From Candidatus Binatia bacterium (GTDB lineage Bacteria; Desulfobacterota; Binatia; Bin18): a DNA stretch of 64,000 nt. Of this stretch, positions 50,816 through 60,993 are shown one piece after another. Every line of letters begins with the position of its first letter. Within the stretch, counting starts at the first letter, position 1. Below the pieces are notes generated by a model. That model made no database searches. It saw nothing but the letters and a program-made list of their open reading frames with translations, and was not told the origin of the DNA. Made by a program: the position numbers and the translations under genes. Where the stretch lies: positions 32,001-96,000 of the forward strand of contig CAXXHG010000014.1 of the NCBI GenBank assembly GCA_963666315.2, in the 5' to 3' direction.

Positions 50816-51884
50816 ATGGCCCAACCTCTCAACATCCTGCTCCTCGGTGCGGTGGGCGACTCTGTCATCAAGAAGATTGAGGCTATTGATCCTCGCACTC
50901 AGGTTGTGGATGCACGCGGGAAATTCGAGGTCGAGTATGCCGAAAACCTGGCCGGCAGAATCCGTTCGTCGCTATGTGCCGCGATCACTCGTAGCGGCAA
51001 ACACCTCGACCCGCGCCGAGCGAGACGCACTGCTAGCCGAAGCCGACGTCATCTGCATTCGGTTTCCTTTTCCGCTCGACTTACGTGCTCGAGCGCCGCG
51101 TCTCAAGTGGCTACACCAAACACCGGCGGGTGCCTCAAACTTGCGCATGGGCGACATGTGGGGCAGCGACGTCGTAGTCACAACGTCGCGTGGGCTGAAT
51201 AACCCTTTGCCTATCGCGGAATATGTTCTGTCCATGATCTTCCTCTTTGCAAAATCTTTGCCTCAAGCGTTCCGTGATCAGAACAATCAGGCATTCGAAC
51301 GCCGAGAATATCGTCCCATACTGGTACAGGGAAAAACCGTAGGCATTATCGGCCTGGGTGGCATTGGTTGTGCTGTTGCGCGTCTCGCCAAAGCAGTTGG
51401 GATGTCTGTTGTGGCGACACGGCGATCAGCAACAACTACACACACGAAGACCCAAAACGTTGACGAACTGCTCCCACCATCAGCGCTGTCTACTCTGCTT
51501 AAACAGAGTGATTTTGTTCTATTGAGTACCCAATGGACACCGGAAACGGACGGGCTTATTGGTGAAGCTGAACTGCGTCAGATGAAATCGATCGCGTATC
51601 TTATTAACGTTGCTCGGGGTGAACTGATTGACCAATCGGCCTTAACCAAGGCGTTACGTGAGGGTTGGATTGCTGGGGCGGGCCTAGATGTCTACAGCGG
51701 AGAATTCGCCGGTCCGCCACCAGAGGAAATCTGGCAACTGCCCAATGTCGTGATTACTCCGCATACATCAGGTGGAACTGATGTCCAGCAAGCAAAAGGC
51801 ATAGAGTTATTTTGCGAAAATTTGCAGCGCTATATAACAGGCCAATCCCTCTTGAATGTATTGGACTGGGCGCGGGGTTACTGA
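50816..51884 (+). CDS. D-2-hydroxyacid dehydrogenase (frameshift in A-run ~50944)
   Basis: GLGGIG, INVARG, GLDV and ITPH; N-terminus in the adjacent frame. Confidence 0.87.
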
Positions 51885-52095
51885 AGCCGCGCAACGGGAA
51901 ATCGGCCATTTCCCGCTGAATTGCATTTTCAATTACCTGCTCCGCTACGGTAGGCTGCGCGAAAAGTACACCCTACCACGAAGAAGCTCACCGATTTTGT
52001 CTTGTCTATACAATCCTGCCCCACGAACTGGAGGAGACGTAAAGACATTGCTTTTTCCTTGTCCTGTCTTTATGCTCCCACCGTCTTGAACTGAT

Positions 52096-52533
52096 TTGAA
52101 AGGAAAAGAGACCAGCATCGTGTGTGGCCGGTATTCCTCACGTCTGCTCCACCTTGTGACCCTCGGGACTTTCCTGACCTACTTGTTATCGGGAGCGAGC
52201 TTTGCCTTGCCCGCAGTAGAGCATTGTGAGCGGTGCTCTAGAGGGAAGCAGGTGAGCGCAATCCGGTCTGGCGCATCGTGCCCATTGTCTGCGCGTGGCC
52301 CTCACTGTCATACCGCCCATCTACACACTGCGGGCAAAATTAGCATGTGTCCTGATGGGTGCTTGCACCATGAGCAGGGGGGAGAAGTCTCCAGCATCGC
52401 GAAGTTTGTTTTCCTCAATGCCGCGCATACCGCGTCCGGACTCCCCATCAGTCCGCCGGTCGGCGAACGACAAGGACTGTTACCCGATGGGTATCTGACC
52501 CCGCCGACGCAGCCGCCACAGGCAGCCCTCTAG
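52096..52533 (+). CDS. Cys/His-rich DUF2946-like protein
   Basis: N-terminal TM, CERC, CPL, HCH, CPDGC and Pro-rich C-terminus PPTQPPQ. Start uncertain. Confidence 0.55.
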   Translation: MKGKETSIVCGRYSSRLLHLVTLGTFLTYLLSGASFALPAVEHCERCSRGKQVSAIRSGASCPLSARGPHCHTAHLHTAGKISMCPDGCLHHEQGGEVSSIAKFVFLNAAHTASGLPISPPVGERQGLLPDGYLTPPTQPPQAAL

Positions 52534-52692
52534 GCTGCCTGCATAACGTCTAATCGCTCCGTGAACTGCCCCTGTCGGATCAGAAGAGGTGCGTCCGCGT
52601 GGGACCGCCTGTTTCTGATTTGTCCAGCGTTGCTAAACGTACTCTGCCGGGAGAGGCCTCTCTGTGTCTCCACCAGGGTGAGAAAAAAATCA

Positions 52693-53589
52693 ATGCGTTA
52701 CAAATGTCTCCAGTGGCTCGTCATGTGTGGAATTTTCGTCTGTCTCAGTTCTTCGTTTGTCGCGGCTCATGGGGTCGTGGGGAAGCGGAAATTTATCGAG
52801 CCCTTTGTGGCCGAAGATGCCAATCCCAAAGATGAATTCGTGTTGGCGAAACCCGGCCACCTGAATCTTAAGGAAGGGAACACGTTTTCCATGGGGTATA
52901 TTCTGGAAAAACGGTTCTCTGACAATTTCAGCCTCGCCCTCGAAAATGAGTGGGTGACGCATAGACAAGGAGGCGAGAAGAATACTTCGGGCTTTCAGAA
53001 TCTCGGCGTGCTGCTCAAATACGCCATGTGCCGCAGTGAAGCCCATGAATTTATTCTCTCGTCGGGCTTTGAAGTCGAGGTCCCCATCGGAGAGGAAGAT
53101 ATCGGCGCTGAACAAGACGTCGCGCTTGCCCCTTTACTCCTTTATGCCAAAGGCTTTGGAGACCTTCCCTGGCGCGTGGGGTTTTTGCGGCCTTTTGCCC
53201 TGATGGGCGAGGCTGGGTTTGATATCCTACTGAACAACGAGGAAACGGAATTCTTCTACGACTTTGTTCTCATGTATGACTTCCAATATCTTCAAGATCA
53301 CGTGAAGGATGTGGGGCTGCCGTGGCCTTTGAACCGACTCGTTCCTGTAGTGGAGTTTAACTTTGCGACGGTGGTTAACGGCCCGGAGCGGATCACTGAG
53401 GCGTTCATTACCCCGGGGTTGGTATATCGAGGCAAGTATGTCCAACTCGGCATAGCAGGCCAATTCCCGCTCAATTCCACCACCAATCGGGAGTTTGACA
53501 GTGGAATCTTGTTCAGCATCGACTTATTTTATGACGATATAGTCTCCGCGCTTGGATGGGCGCCCTTTTTGGGGTTACAGTATTCCTAG
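52693..53589 (+). CDS. Putative outer-membrane beta-barrel (possible metal uptake)
   Basis: Signal peptide ending AA-H, mature N-terminus HGVVGKRKF, amphipathic beta-strand pattern. Confidence 0.65.
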   Translation: MRYKCLQWLVMCGIFVCLSSSFVAAHGVVGKRKFIEPFVAEDANPKDEFVLAKPGHLNLKEGNTFSMGYILEKRFSDNFSLALENEWVTHRQGGEKNTSGFQNLGVLLKYAMCRSEAHEFILSSGFEVEVPIGEEDIGAEQDVALAPLLLYAKGFGDLPWRVGFLRPFALMGEAGFDILLNNEETEFFYDFVLMYDFQYLQDHVKDVGLPWPLNRLVPVVEFNFATVVNGPERITEAFITPGLVYRGKYVQLGIAGQFPLNSTTNREFDSGILFSIDLFYDDIVSALGWAPFLGLQYS

Positions 53590-54055
53590 CGAATTGCTGC
53601 ACTGGCAAAGCTAAACGGTAAGATTGAGAGGTCACAAAAGGTTCGATGCCATCATCGAAGATAGTATTCGTCGCGTTCGGCATCCCTTTTGGGATGTTCT
53701 GACCAGGACCCAACGCTGAAGGGTGTCGACGAGTATAAGGAGGTGGAGAAGGCCATCGCCGTCTACACCGCCGAGCTGGATCAGAGTGCGCCGTACAGTT
53801 AGGCCTGCTCTATGTAACGATCGCGACTTCTGCCTGGGGGAAGATGGACGCTAGCCGAGCCTCTCCTTCTATAACGGTGAGACTCTTTCCTCGCCTTGTC
53901 GGATGAAGTCCTTCCTCAGACTCTGTGTTCACCTGGCTTCTCCCCGGTTGTCGCAAGTAAGATTGTACCGGTCAAGACGTTGGTGGAGAGGAAGAACGAC
54001 ATGGCGGGTAACTTAACTCTAAGAGTTGAGTCTGCACTCAGAAGGAGGGATAGTA

Positions 54056-55006
54056 ATGCATGGTAGGGAGGGGATCTATGGTCTCATCCTCAGCATCAGC
54101 TTCGCCGTGTCAGCGCAAGCATTCGGGTTAGCAGACTGCACGCTCGACGACTCAGCGGCAGAAGAGAGCCGTATTGAGCACCTGTATGGAGGCGCGCCGG
54201 ACGATGCGGAGATACATGCCCGTCGGGCATACGTGTTTGCCTATAATGGCGCATTCAAAGTGCCCCAGTGGGCGGCGTGGTCGGCAACAAAAGAATTCCG
54301 AGACACCCCCAAGCGAAAAAAGCGCTGGAAGACACTTCGAACCGATCCCCTGCTTCCCGATGTGAAGGCTCGAGACTACCGGGGCTGGTTTGATACCACG
54401 GAAAACTATGCCAGAGGCCATATTGTACCGTATTTTATTTCAGGCGGAGACCGGGATAACGATGGCATGGATGCCGAGTTCGAGGAGAATCTCCGGGTTG
54501 AAGACGAAGACGACGCCTGTACGGTCTTCGAGATCAACGCCATGAGCAATATCGCGCCGCAGTTCCACACCCGGTTCAATGGGCAACCCGGCGTGTGGTG
54601 GCTCCTGGAAACGCACGTGCGTTCCATGCTTGACCACGGGCGCGAATTTCAGCTCTTTGCCGGGACGATTTTTCTTGATGACGTACAAGTGAGGAAGATT
54701 GGCCGAAAAGATGCCCCCGAGACGTGGGATATCGGTGTGCCACATGGGTTCTTCAAAATTGTTATTGATCCGGCTCGAGAACAGGCTATTGGGTTCCTGT
54801 TCGATCACGCAGGCGACCTGGCCAGCGGCTGCAATATTGACGATGCAAGTGTAGCTGGGCCAGCCCATTGTATTAGGGACATCAATCAGATTGAGGCCGC
54901 TACAGGCCTGAAATTCTTTGCCGCATTTTCAAATGCAAAGAGACAAAGGCTCCTCAAGGGAAGTACGCCAGCGACATGGTCAACCTGGATTGGTAGGGAA
55001 GACTAA
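54056..55006 (+). CDS. Secreted DNA/RNA non-specific endonuclease (NucA/EndG family)
   Basis: Signal peptide, ARGHIVP, MSNIAPQ..FN, W..LE and VPHGFFKIV. Confidence 0.9.
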   Translation: MHGREGIYGLILSISFAVSAQAFGLADCTLDDSAAEESRIEHLYGGAPDDAEIHARRAYVFAYNGAFKVPQWAAWSATKEFRDTPKRKKRWKTLRTDPLLPDVKARDYRGWFDTTENYARGHIVPYFISGGDRDNDGMDAEFEENLRVEDEDDACTVFEINAMSNIAPQFHTRFNGQPGVWWLLETHVRSMLDHGREFQLFAGTIFLDDVQVRKIGRKDAPETWDIGVPHGFFKIVIDPAREQAIGFLFDHAGDLASGCNIDDASVAGPAHCIRDINQIEAATGLKFFAAFSNAKRQRLLKGSTPATWSTWIGRED

Positions 55007-55309
55007 AGTTCAAGGTGTTCGCGAGCGTCCACCCGAGAATACCCCCAGGATGCCGTTAAGAAGAGCTCAATATTGATCCCCAATCAAGAACGACTTTGTA
55101 CAAGCAATAGGGTACCGAACGAAAAAATACACGTACTGCTTACTCTTACTGAAATACGCCCGCTGTTTGGCGTAATAGACGGCAACGTGATTGTTCGCTT
55201 TTTCTCACCCCGTGCCGCGACGGCCAGGGAGTATCAAATGTAGGCTGCTTGCACAGTCGATGTGTCGTAGATGACGACTTGATTGCCCTCCTATGCTACT
55301 TACGGCTCT

Positions 55310-56032
55310 ATGCAGGAGAATCCTTTCATATCTGTGGTGGTTCCTGTCTACAACGAGGCTCTAACTATAGAGACGACCATCAATCGCATAGAGGCCGAAC
55401 GATATAGGAAAGAGATTATCCTAGTGGATGATGGATCCAACGACGGAACAACGGAGCTGTTGCAGAATCGAACAGAATCCACTAACCAGGATTGCTCTAT
55501 TCAGGTTCTACTTCACAGAACAAATTTGGGTAAAGGCGCAGCTGTTCGCACTGGTTTCCGTCACGTAACGGGCGATATTGTCATAATTCAGGACGCGGAC
55601 TTGGAGTATCACCCCTCAGACTATTCGAAGCTGTTGGGACCCTTTATCAACGGAGAGGCAGACGTGGTCTACGGCTCTAGGTTCTTAAATACGGAGAGTT
55701 CCATGAGCTTACACTTTCTAGGAAACAAAGTGCTGACCATGCTTTCGAACCTTTGTACAGGGTTTCATCTGACCGACATGGAAACAGGGTGCAAGGCTTT
55801 CCGATCCGAATTTCTCAGTCGAATCTCCTTGTGCGAAGATGGATTTGGATTTGAGCCGGAAATTACAGCAAAACTTGCAGGGTTACAGGCGAGGATGGTG
55901 GAAGTGCCCATATCCTATAGCAGACGCGGGTACAGTGCTGGAAAGAAACTCAAATGGAAAGACGGGGTAGCCGCACCTTTCTTCATACTCCGCTATAATT
56001 TGGCGCGGTGTTTGCGCCTTTCACGCCCGTAG
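55310..56032 (+). CDS. GT2 glycosyltransferase (DPM1/GtrB-like)
   Basis: VVPVYNE, VDDGSNDGT, GKGAA, QDADLEY, GSRF and TDMETG. Confidence 0.92.
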   Translation: MQENPFISVVVPVYNEALTIETTINRIEAERYRKEIILVDDGSNDGTTELLQNRTESTNQDCSIQVLLHRTNLGKGAAVRTGFRHVTGDIVIIQDADLEYHPSDYSKLLGPFINGEADVVYGSRFLNTESSMSLHFLGNKVLTMLSNLCTGFHLTDMETGCKAFRSEFLSRISLCEDGFGFEPEITAKLAGLQARMVEVPISYSRRGYSAGKKLKWKDGVAAPFFILRYNLARCLRLSRP

Positions 56033-56043
56033 CACATTCCAAT

Positions 56044-56280
56044 ATGGTCCACAGGCCACCTTTCGGTAAGCCACAAACAAAAGCCCTCGCCCTTGTTGCG
56101 GGGCTCTTAGTGGCGGGGTTTGTCCTTCGATTTGCGTTTATCAATTCACAGAGCCTGGGGCACGACGAAATCTATACGCTAGGGTTCTTGAGCGGGTACG
56201 ACGCATATCTTTTCCCAGGGGCGAACCTCCAGCCCTTTGTGGCAGACGGGCCATGGCTCAACCACGCCCGACCTGCATCG
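56044..56280 (+). pseudogene. N-terminal fragment of a GT-C (PMT-like) membrane glycosyltransferase
   Basis: TM helix then LRF..NSQSLGHDE motif; similarity lost after ~60 aa. Confidence 0.5.
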
Positions 56281-56438
56281 CAGAACATAATGCTTGAACA
56301 AAGCGTGGACTTGAACAGCGTCAATGTTTGGTGGGTTCGTATGAGACATCTCCCCGTTTCTGACAGTATTAAGCGCACGACCAACGCATTCATGCTGGTC
56401 TGGATTCTGTGCTTGGGGTTGGTTTGCGGACGCATGGT

Positions 56439-56983
56439 ATGTCTATTACGCTGAACAGATATGCGCTAATCATCGTACTTCTGGGCGCCCTCGTCCGCCT
56501 AACTGTTTGGTATGCTAATCCGCCGAACAATGCCTATGACGATCATCTCGAAGTCATTGCACACGTCGCCCGCAGTTTTGAACGGCCTACGATCGACAAC
56601 TGCTTTCAGTGTTACCATCCGCCCTTGTATTACTTTGTTCAAGCAATGGTCCTGCGAGGCACGCACGCAATCACTGGAAGTTTTTGGACCGCGTGGAGAA
56701 CCGTCCAACTGAGTAGTGTTCTCTTTTCGATCTTTCATCTCCTGGTTTGTTGGAAAATATTGAGCAGTGTAACCAAGCCACATCTTCCGTCGCAACTCTG
56801 TGCGCTGGCAGTTCTCACATTCCTCCCCAGAGATATTTATACGTCCGCCTTTATCGCGAACGATACTGCAGTGATACTTTTGGGAGCGATTGCGATCTTG
56901 ATCTATACAAGAGGCTTTGCGAGTGAAGTCTCACATCGACCTCTTATAGCCCTGGTCATCCCCATCATTCTGGCTGCCTGGAC
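56439..56983 (+). pseudogene. GT-C (ArnT/PMT-like) membrane glycosyltransferase truncated by IS6
   Basis: YDDH, YHPPLYY and IAND motifs with TMs; the frame runs into the IS6 terminal repeat. Confidence 0.72.
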
Positions 56984-57823
56984 CGTACTGTCAAGTTATC
57001 GGGGCAGGGTACGAAAATCACGTAGTGTGAGGTAAGATGAGGGGCATCCTTACGCCACTTCCAGCCCCATTGTCACGTCTCGCCAGGTCGTAAAGGCCCG
57101 CTCTCGAAACAACCGATAGTGAGCTGCCTTCATCAAGTGCCGTCCAATCCGAAAGAGATTGTTGATGGGACTGTGGACGGACAGAAACCGCTGTACGTGT
57201 CGTAAAGATTTGAAGCGGCGCATGTGGCGTTCGCGTTGCCGGGTGGGTTGGTGAGAGACCTCAGCCCGGTTGTTAGCGTACTGCCTGGTGTAGTGAGTCA
57301 CGGACGGCATGGTAATCCGACGAGCAGCCCCATAGCTGCGCAGTTTATCAGTGACCAGCCGATTGGGAACGTAGCGCAGCCCCTTCAACAACTTGCGAAA
57401 GAACCGTGTGGCCGCGCCTGTATTCCGGCGTTTCTGCACCAGAATATCAAGCGTGTCTCCATCCTGATCTACTGCCCGCCACAAGTAATAGCGCTTGCCC
57501 CTGATGCGGATGAATAGCTCATCCAGATGCCAGGTGTCGCCTGGTCGTCCCCGTCGTCGGCGTAGTTTCTTGGCGAAGGCTTGCCCAAACTTGAAACACC
57601 ACTGCCGCACCGCTTCATGGCTGACGATCACGCCGCGCTCGGCCAAGAGCTCCTCGACTTCGCGGAAACTGAGGCTAAAGCGATGATAGAGCCACACTGC
57701 ATGGGCAATGATTTCCGGCGGAAAGCGATGATTCTTATATAGGTCTGTGGTAGGTAAGGGCATGCCTCAATTACGGCCTGCAGAGTCACTGCTGTACAAG
57801 GGCCTCGATAACTTGACAGTACC
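56984..57823 (-). mobile_element. IS6-family insertion sequence (~840 bp)
   Basis: 17-bp IR GTACTGTCAAGTTATCG at 56985-57001 and 57806-57822; no target duplication. Confidence 0.93.
57050..57763 (-). CDS. IS6-family DDE transposase
   Basis: HRFPPEII, WHLDE, YLWRAVD, TDK and NNRAEVSH. Confidence 0.95.
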   Translation of the reverse strand: MPLPTTDLYKNHRFPPEIIAHAVWLYHRFSLSFREVEELLAERGVIVSHEAVRQWCFKFGQAFAKKLRRRRGRPGDTWHLDELFIRIRGKRYYLWRAVDQDGDTLDILVQKRRNTGAATRFFRKLLKGLRYVPNRLVTDKLRSYGAARRITMPSVTHYTRQYANNRAEVSHQPTRQRERHMRRFKSLRHVQRFLSVHSPINNLFRIGRHLMKAAHYRLFRERAFTTWRDVTMGLEVA

Positions 57824-59143
57824 TTCTTCACAATACTTCCACAGCGCCAACGCCGCCTGGATATGATCCCGGCGGATAGTGACTGACAAATCAAGCAACG
57901 CATAGGCAACACTCAGACGGAGAACTTGGGCTTCCGCCCGTGACAAAACCGCACCAAGCAGCCCCTGCTGGCCGGCACTCAAGTCCGCGTACACTTCATG
58001 CCATAGCGCACTTGCACACTCGTCCCGTGTTAGGGCATTAGTCTTCCGTGCAAACTCGATTGTCTTGCGGAGCTGGTCGATTAGTGGTTCGAGTATGTGA
58101 TCCGGGATTGGTGGGGCGTCGGGTAATAATTTTGACCGCTCAACCCACACCCACAGGAAGCGGTTGGCAAACCCATTCGCTTTACTCGTATCGTCCAGGC
58201 GAGCAAGCAGCTCATCTTTGGTGATATGGCCGACTATAGAAATATGGGGATTGGTGGCCGCAAGCGGGTTATTGCGGACGAGAGTTGAAAGCGTTCCCCC
58301 ATCCCAGCCTTGCCGGATAACGGGCGAGAGGGTATTACCAACTCGATTCATGACGTTCAGGACGGAGGCAAACTCCTCTTCGATGATCATGAGTCGTTTG
58401 TCTTCGACCGCTTCCTCTTTAAGAACTTGCTGATAGCCTTCTACCTTGCCTTTGTGTCCTTTGATGGGTTCTTGCTTGTACAGCGCGTCCCGGACCACAT
58501 AGATGACGCCTTCACCGGAACTCAGTCCTGTTTTAATACGGTCCTTGGCCCATCCGGGATCGACTGTTGAAAAAATGTGTCGGATAGGACTCCATCCCGT
58601 TCCTTTTCGACCTTTGCTCGATACGCCGACCTGTACAATAAACAACCGGGCCGGATGGTTACTGTGTAGAACTATGGCGTGAGGCGCCGCGTTGATACAG
58701 TTCCCGAAGGCGGTAAGAAAGTTGGTCAAGGTAGCAGCAGGATCGGCTTCGGTGTATGGATCGATTCCCTTCACGATCCTGCCAGCAAGACCGTGGAGTG
58801 CGGCATCATCCAAGCGCGGCCCCGTCCGTCCCAAACCTTGGTCCTTGTTCCGCTGTGCCTGACCGTTTGTGTCGGTAGAGTGGCGATCCGCCGCCTCCAC
58901 ATCTTCCATAATCGCTTCCTGCTCTTCCGGTGACAGGGCGTCCCAGGAAGGCTCGGCTTCATTCTCGGCTGCATTGCCGTTATCGAGGTCGTCTTTGGAA
59001 GTGGGGTCGGCATCCGATGGGGGCAAGTCGTCCGGCTCATCGAAATCGTTTCTCTCCTGTTCTGCCATCTCGCGGTTCTCGTAATCGTCTCGCACCAGGC
59101 GCTCAATCGTAGTAAAATCATCATCCATTCCCGCGTGCCCCAT
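57824..59143 (-). pseudogene. DUF3987 (YfjI-like, helicase-related) protein truncated by IS6
   Basis: GVSSKGRKG, SSGEG, EEEF, WDG and NGFANRFL; after YCEE the frame reads into the IS6 end (GTVKLS). Confidence 0.8.
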
Positions 59144-59559
59144 GTCCGCTCCCTTCTCCTAATGCTTTGTCGTCAATCCCGCGTATGCGGCGCATCAAGG
59201 CAACTACGCCTGCCCGTGGTATAGAACTCATCGACGAAATCTCTCTCGGGCCGGCGGCGGCAAGAATCTGAACTTCTTCCTTGATGTCCTCCAGGGCGCG
59301 GCGGTAGGGCTTGGACAGTTCTTTGCCCGTCCGCTTGGGCGCGCCGCGAAAGCTGAGGCCGTGATATTTGCGCAGAAATTCGATGGCGTCGCCGTCCGCC
59401 CGCAGCCGAAACAGTGGTAGCGCGGGGGTCTTCCTGGTGGAAGACATAAAACGAAGGTGTTTTTTCTGCGTGAAACGGGCAGAAATCTACCAGGCGGATG
59501 CCAGCGCGTTTGGGTGCTACTCCGATGGCCTCCGCGATCTCTACCAGGGTTTTACTCAT
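59121..59559 (-). pseudogene. CHC2 zinc-finger (primase-type) protein, frameshifted
   Basis: CPFHAEKTPSF, YHCFGCG and DGDAIEF lie in three different frames. Confidence 0.8.
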
Positions 59560-59618
59560 TGGCGGTAATTCCGCAGGTCTTTGGGCAGGCAATTTCCACA
59601 CACCGCCAACGGGATTGG

Positions 59619-59831
59619 TCACCCCGCATCGTCATGCGCAGTGTTTGTCTTTTGCCTCGCCTTCTGTTTTCTTTCATCCAACCTCTTTAGGTATCCCCGT
59701 ACCGCGCCTACATCGTAGAATCGCAAACGTCCGACCGGCTCATAGGGCATCCCAAATCGTGTGTGTTTACGAACAAAGGCTTCGCTACAACCGAGAGCTT
59801 CTGCTAAACCCTTCGCGTTGACTGTTTGCAT
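59619..59831 (-). CDS. Small HTH protein (excisionase/Nu1-like)
   Basis: LAEALGCSEAFVRK..GMP..GRLRFYD; GGAGG RBS. Confidence 0.75.
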   Translation of the reverse strand: MQTVNAKGLAEALGCSEAFVRKHTRFGMPYEPVGRLRFYDVGAVRGYLKRLDERKQKARQKTNTAHDDAG

Positions 59832-59948
59832 AATTAATCCTCCATTAGCCGAATTTAGAGTTCAGTGTAGCTGCACGGCACTGGACATTCAATACGATAG
59901 AATGTATCATTAGCGTGGTACAGAAGATTTTCCACTTAGAGTACTTTT

Positions 59949-60911
59949 ATGAGAAAAATTTTCGGCTTTGAGAATGTCGTAACAGAGGCTGGATATAACT
60001 GGATGGAGACCTTCGCATTGGACCCCGCGACGGGGAAAAAGCAAGGCAAGCGCGACTGGTTCCTCACCAACGGAATGAGTGCCGGTACGTCATTTCATAC
60101 GCGCGCTGTTGATCCTCTCCAGCATAATACCGCGCCGTATCGGGAGTTTATAAAACTTCCCGACCGCAATGCAATGAAAGCTTTTGCTTGCAAGTATGGC
60201 CTATTAGGTGAGCCTGCTCGGCGAGAGGTCAGTAGAAAAATACTTCTTCCCCCAAAGGGCGAAGGGGTAGGCGAGTCTTTCTTTGATTGGACGTTTGAAA
60301 TTGAGTGTATGGCGCAGGTCGTAAGTCTCTGGGATATGATCACGCAAGAGGACGCCAAGGGGTTGTCTCGGCACATCATATGGAACGAGGAAAATGACCA
60401 GGTGCGTTTCGTTAGTGGCTGGTCGGGGGTAGGTTATAGCAGCGTTAATATCATTGCCGATAGAAATAATGTCCCGGAGCTGATGGAACACTTCCACCTT
60501 GGCGATGTACTAGAACCTGCCTTATATCATGTACGCCGGGTAGTCGGTGACCGATTAAAAGACCGGCTTGTCCCTCGCCTAGAGCCCGCTGAGCCACCTA
60601 AGCGATTACGGCTATCTTTTGTGGCTGAAAGCCTTATTGGCTTGTTGTGGTTGCAATGCGCTCAGGCCATTGATGGCAATAAGGATTATCGAGCATGTGA
60701 GCATTGCGGAACGATTTTCGAGATTGCTCCGAAAGCGGCTCGGAAGAGTCGGCTATATTGCGCAGATGCTTGTCGCTTTCGGGCGTATCGAGCGAAACAG
60801 GTCCAAGCACAGAAACTTCATGCTAGTGGAGTCAACATTCGAGACATTGCCAAGCAACTCAAAACGGATGCTAAGACCGCAAAAGGATGGGTGAAGAAGA
60901 AGAGTGCTTAG
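59949..60911 (+). CDS. CGNR-type zinc-finger regulator with C-terminal HTH
   Basis: CEHC...RLYCADACRFRAYR, then IRDIAKQL..TAKGW; divergent from the HTH gene. Confidence 0.72.
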   Translation: MRKIFGFENVVTEAGYNWMETFALDPATGKKQGKRDWFLTNGMSAGTSFHTRAVDPLQHNTAPYREFIKLPDRNAMKAFACKYGLLGEPARREVSRKILLPPKGEGVGESFFDWTFEIECMAQVVSLWDMITQEDAKGLSRHIIWNEENDQVRFVSGWSGVGYSSVNIIADRNNVPELMEHFHLGDVLEPALYHVRRVVGDRLKDRLVPRLEPAEPPKRLRLSFVAESLIGLLWLQCAQAIDGNKDYRACEHCGTIFEIAPKAARKSRLYCADACRFRAYRAKQVQAQKLHASGVNIRDIAKQLKTDAKTAKGWVKKKSA

Positions 60912-60993
60912 CATCGAATCAGGTTGCATGACTAAACAGAAAAAATTCATAGAGCATGGCGAAGTTGCGGATACGCAGAAAGGAGCGAGGTAG

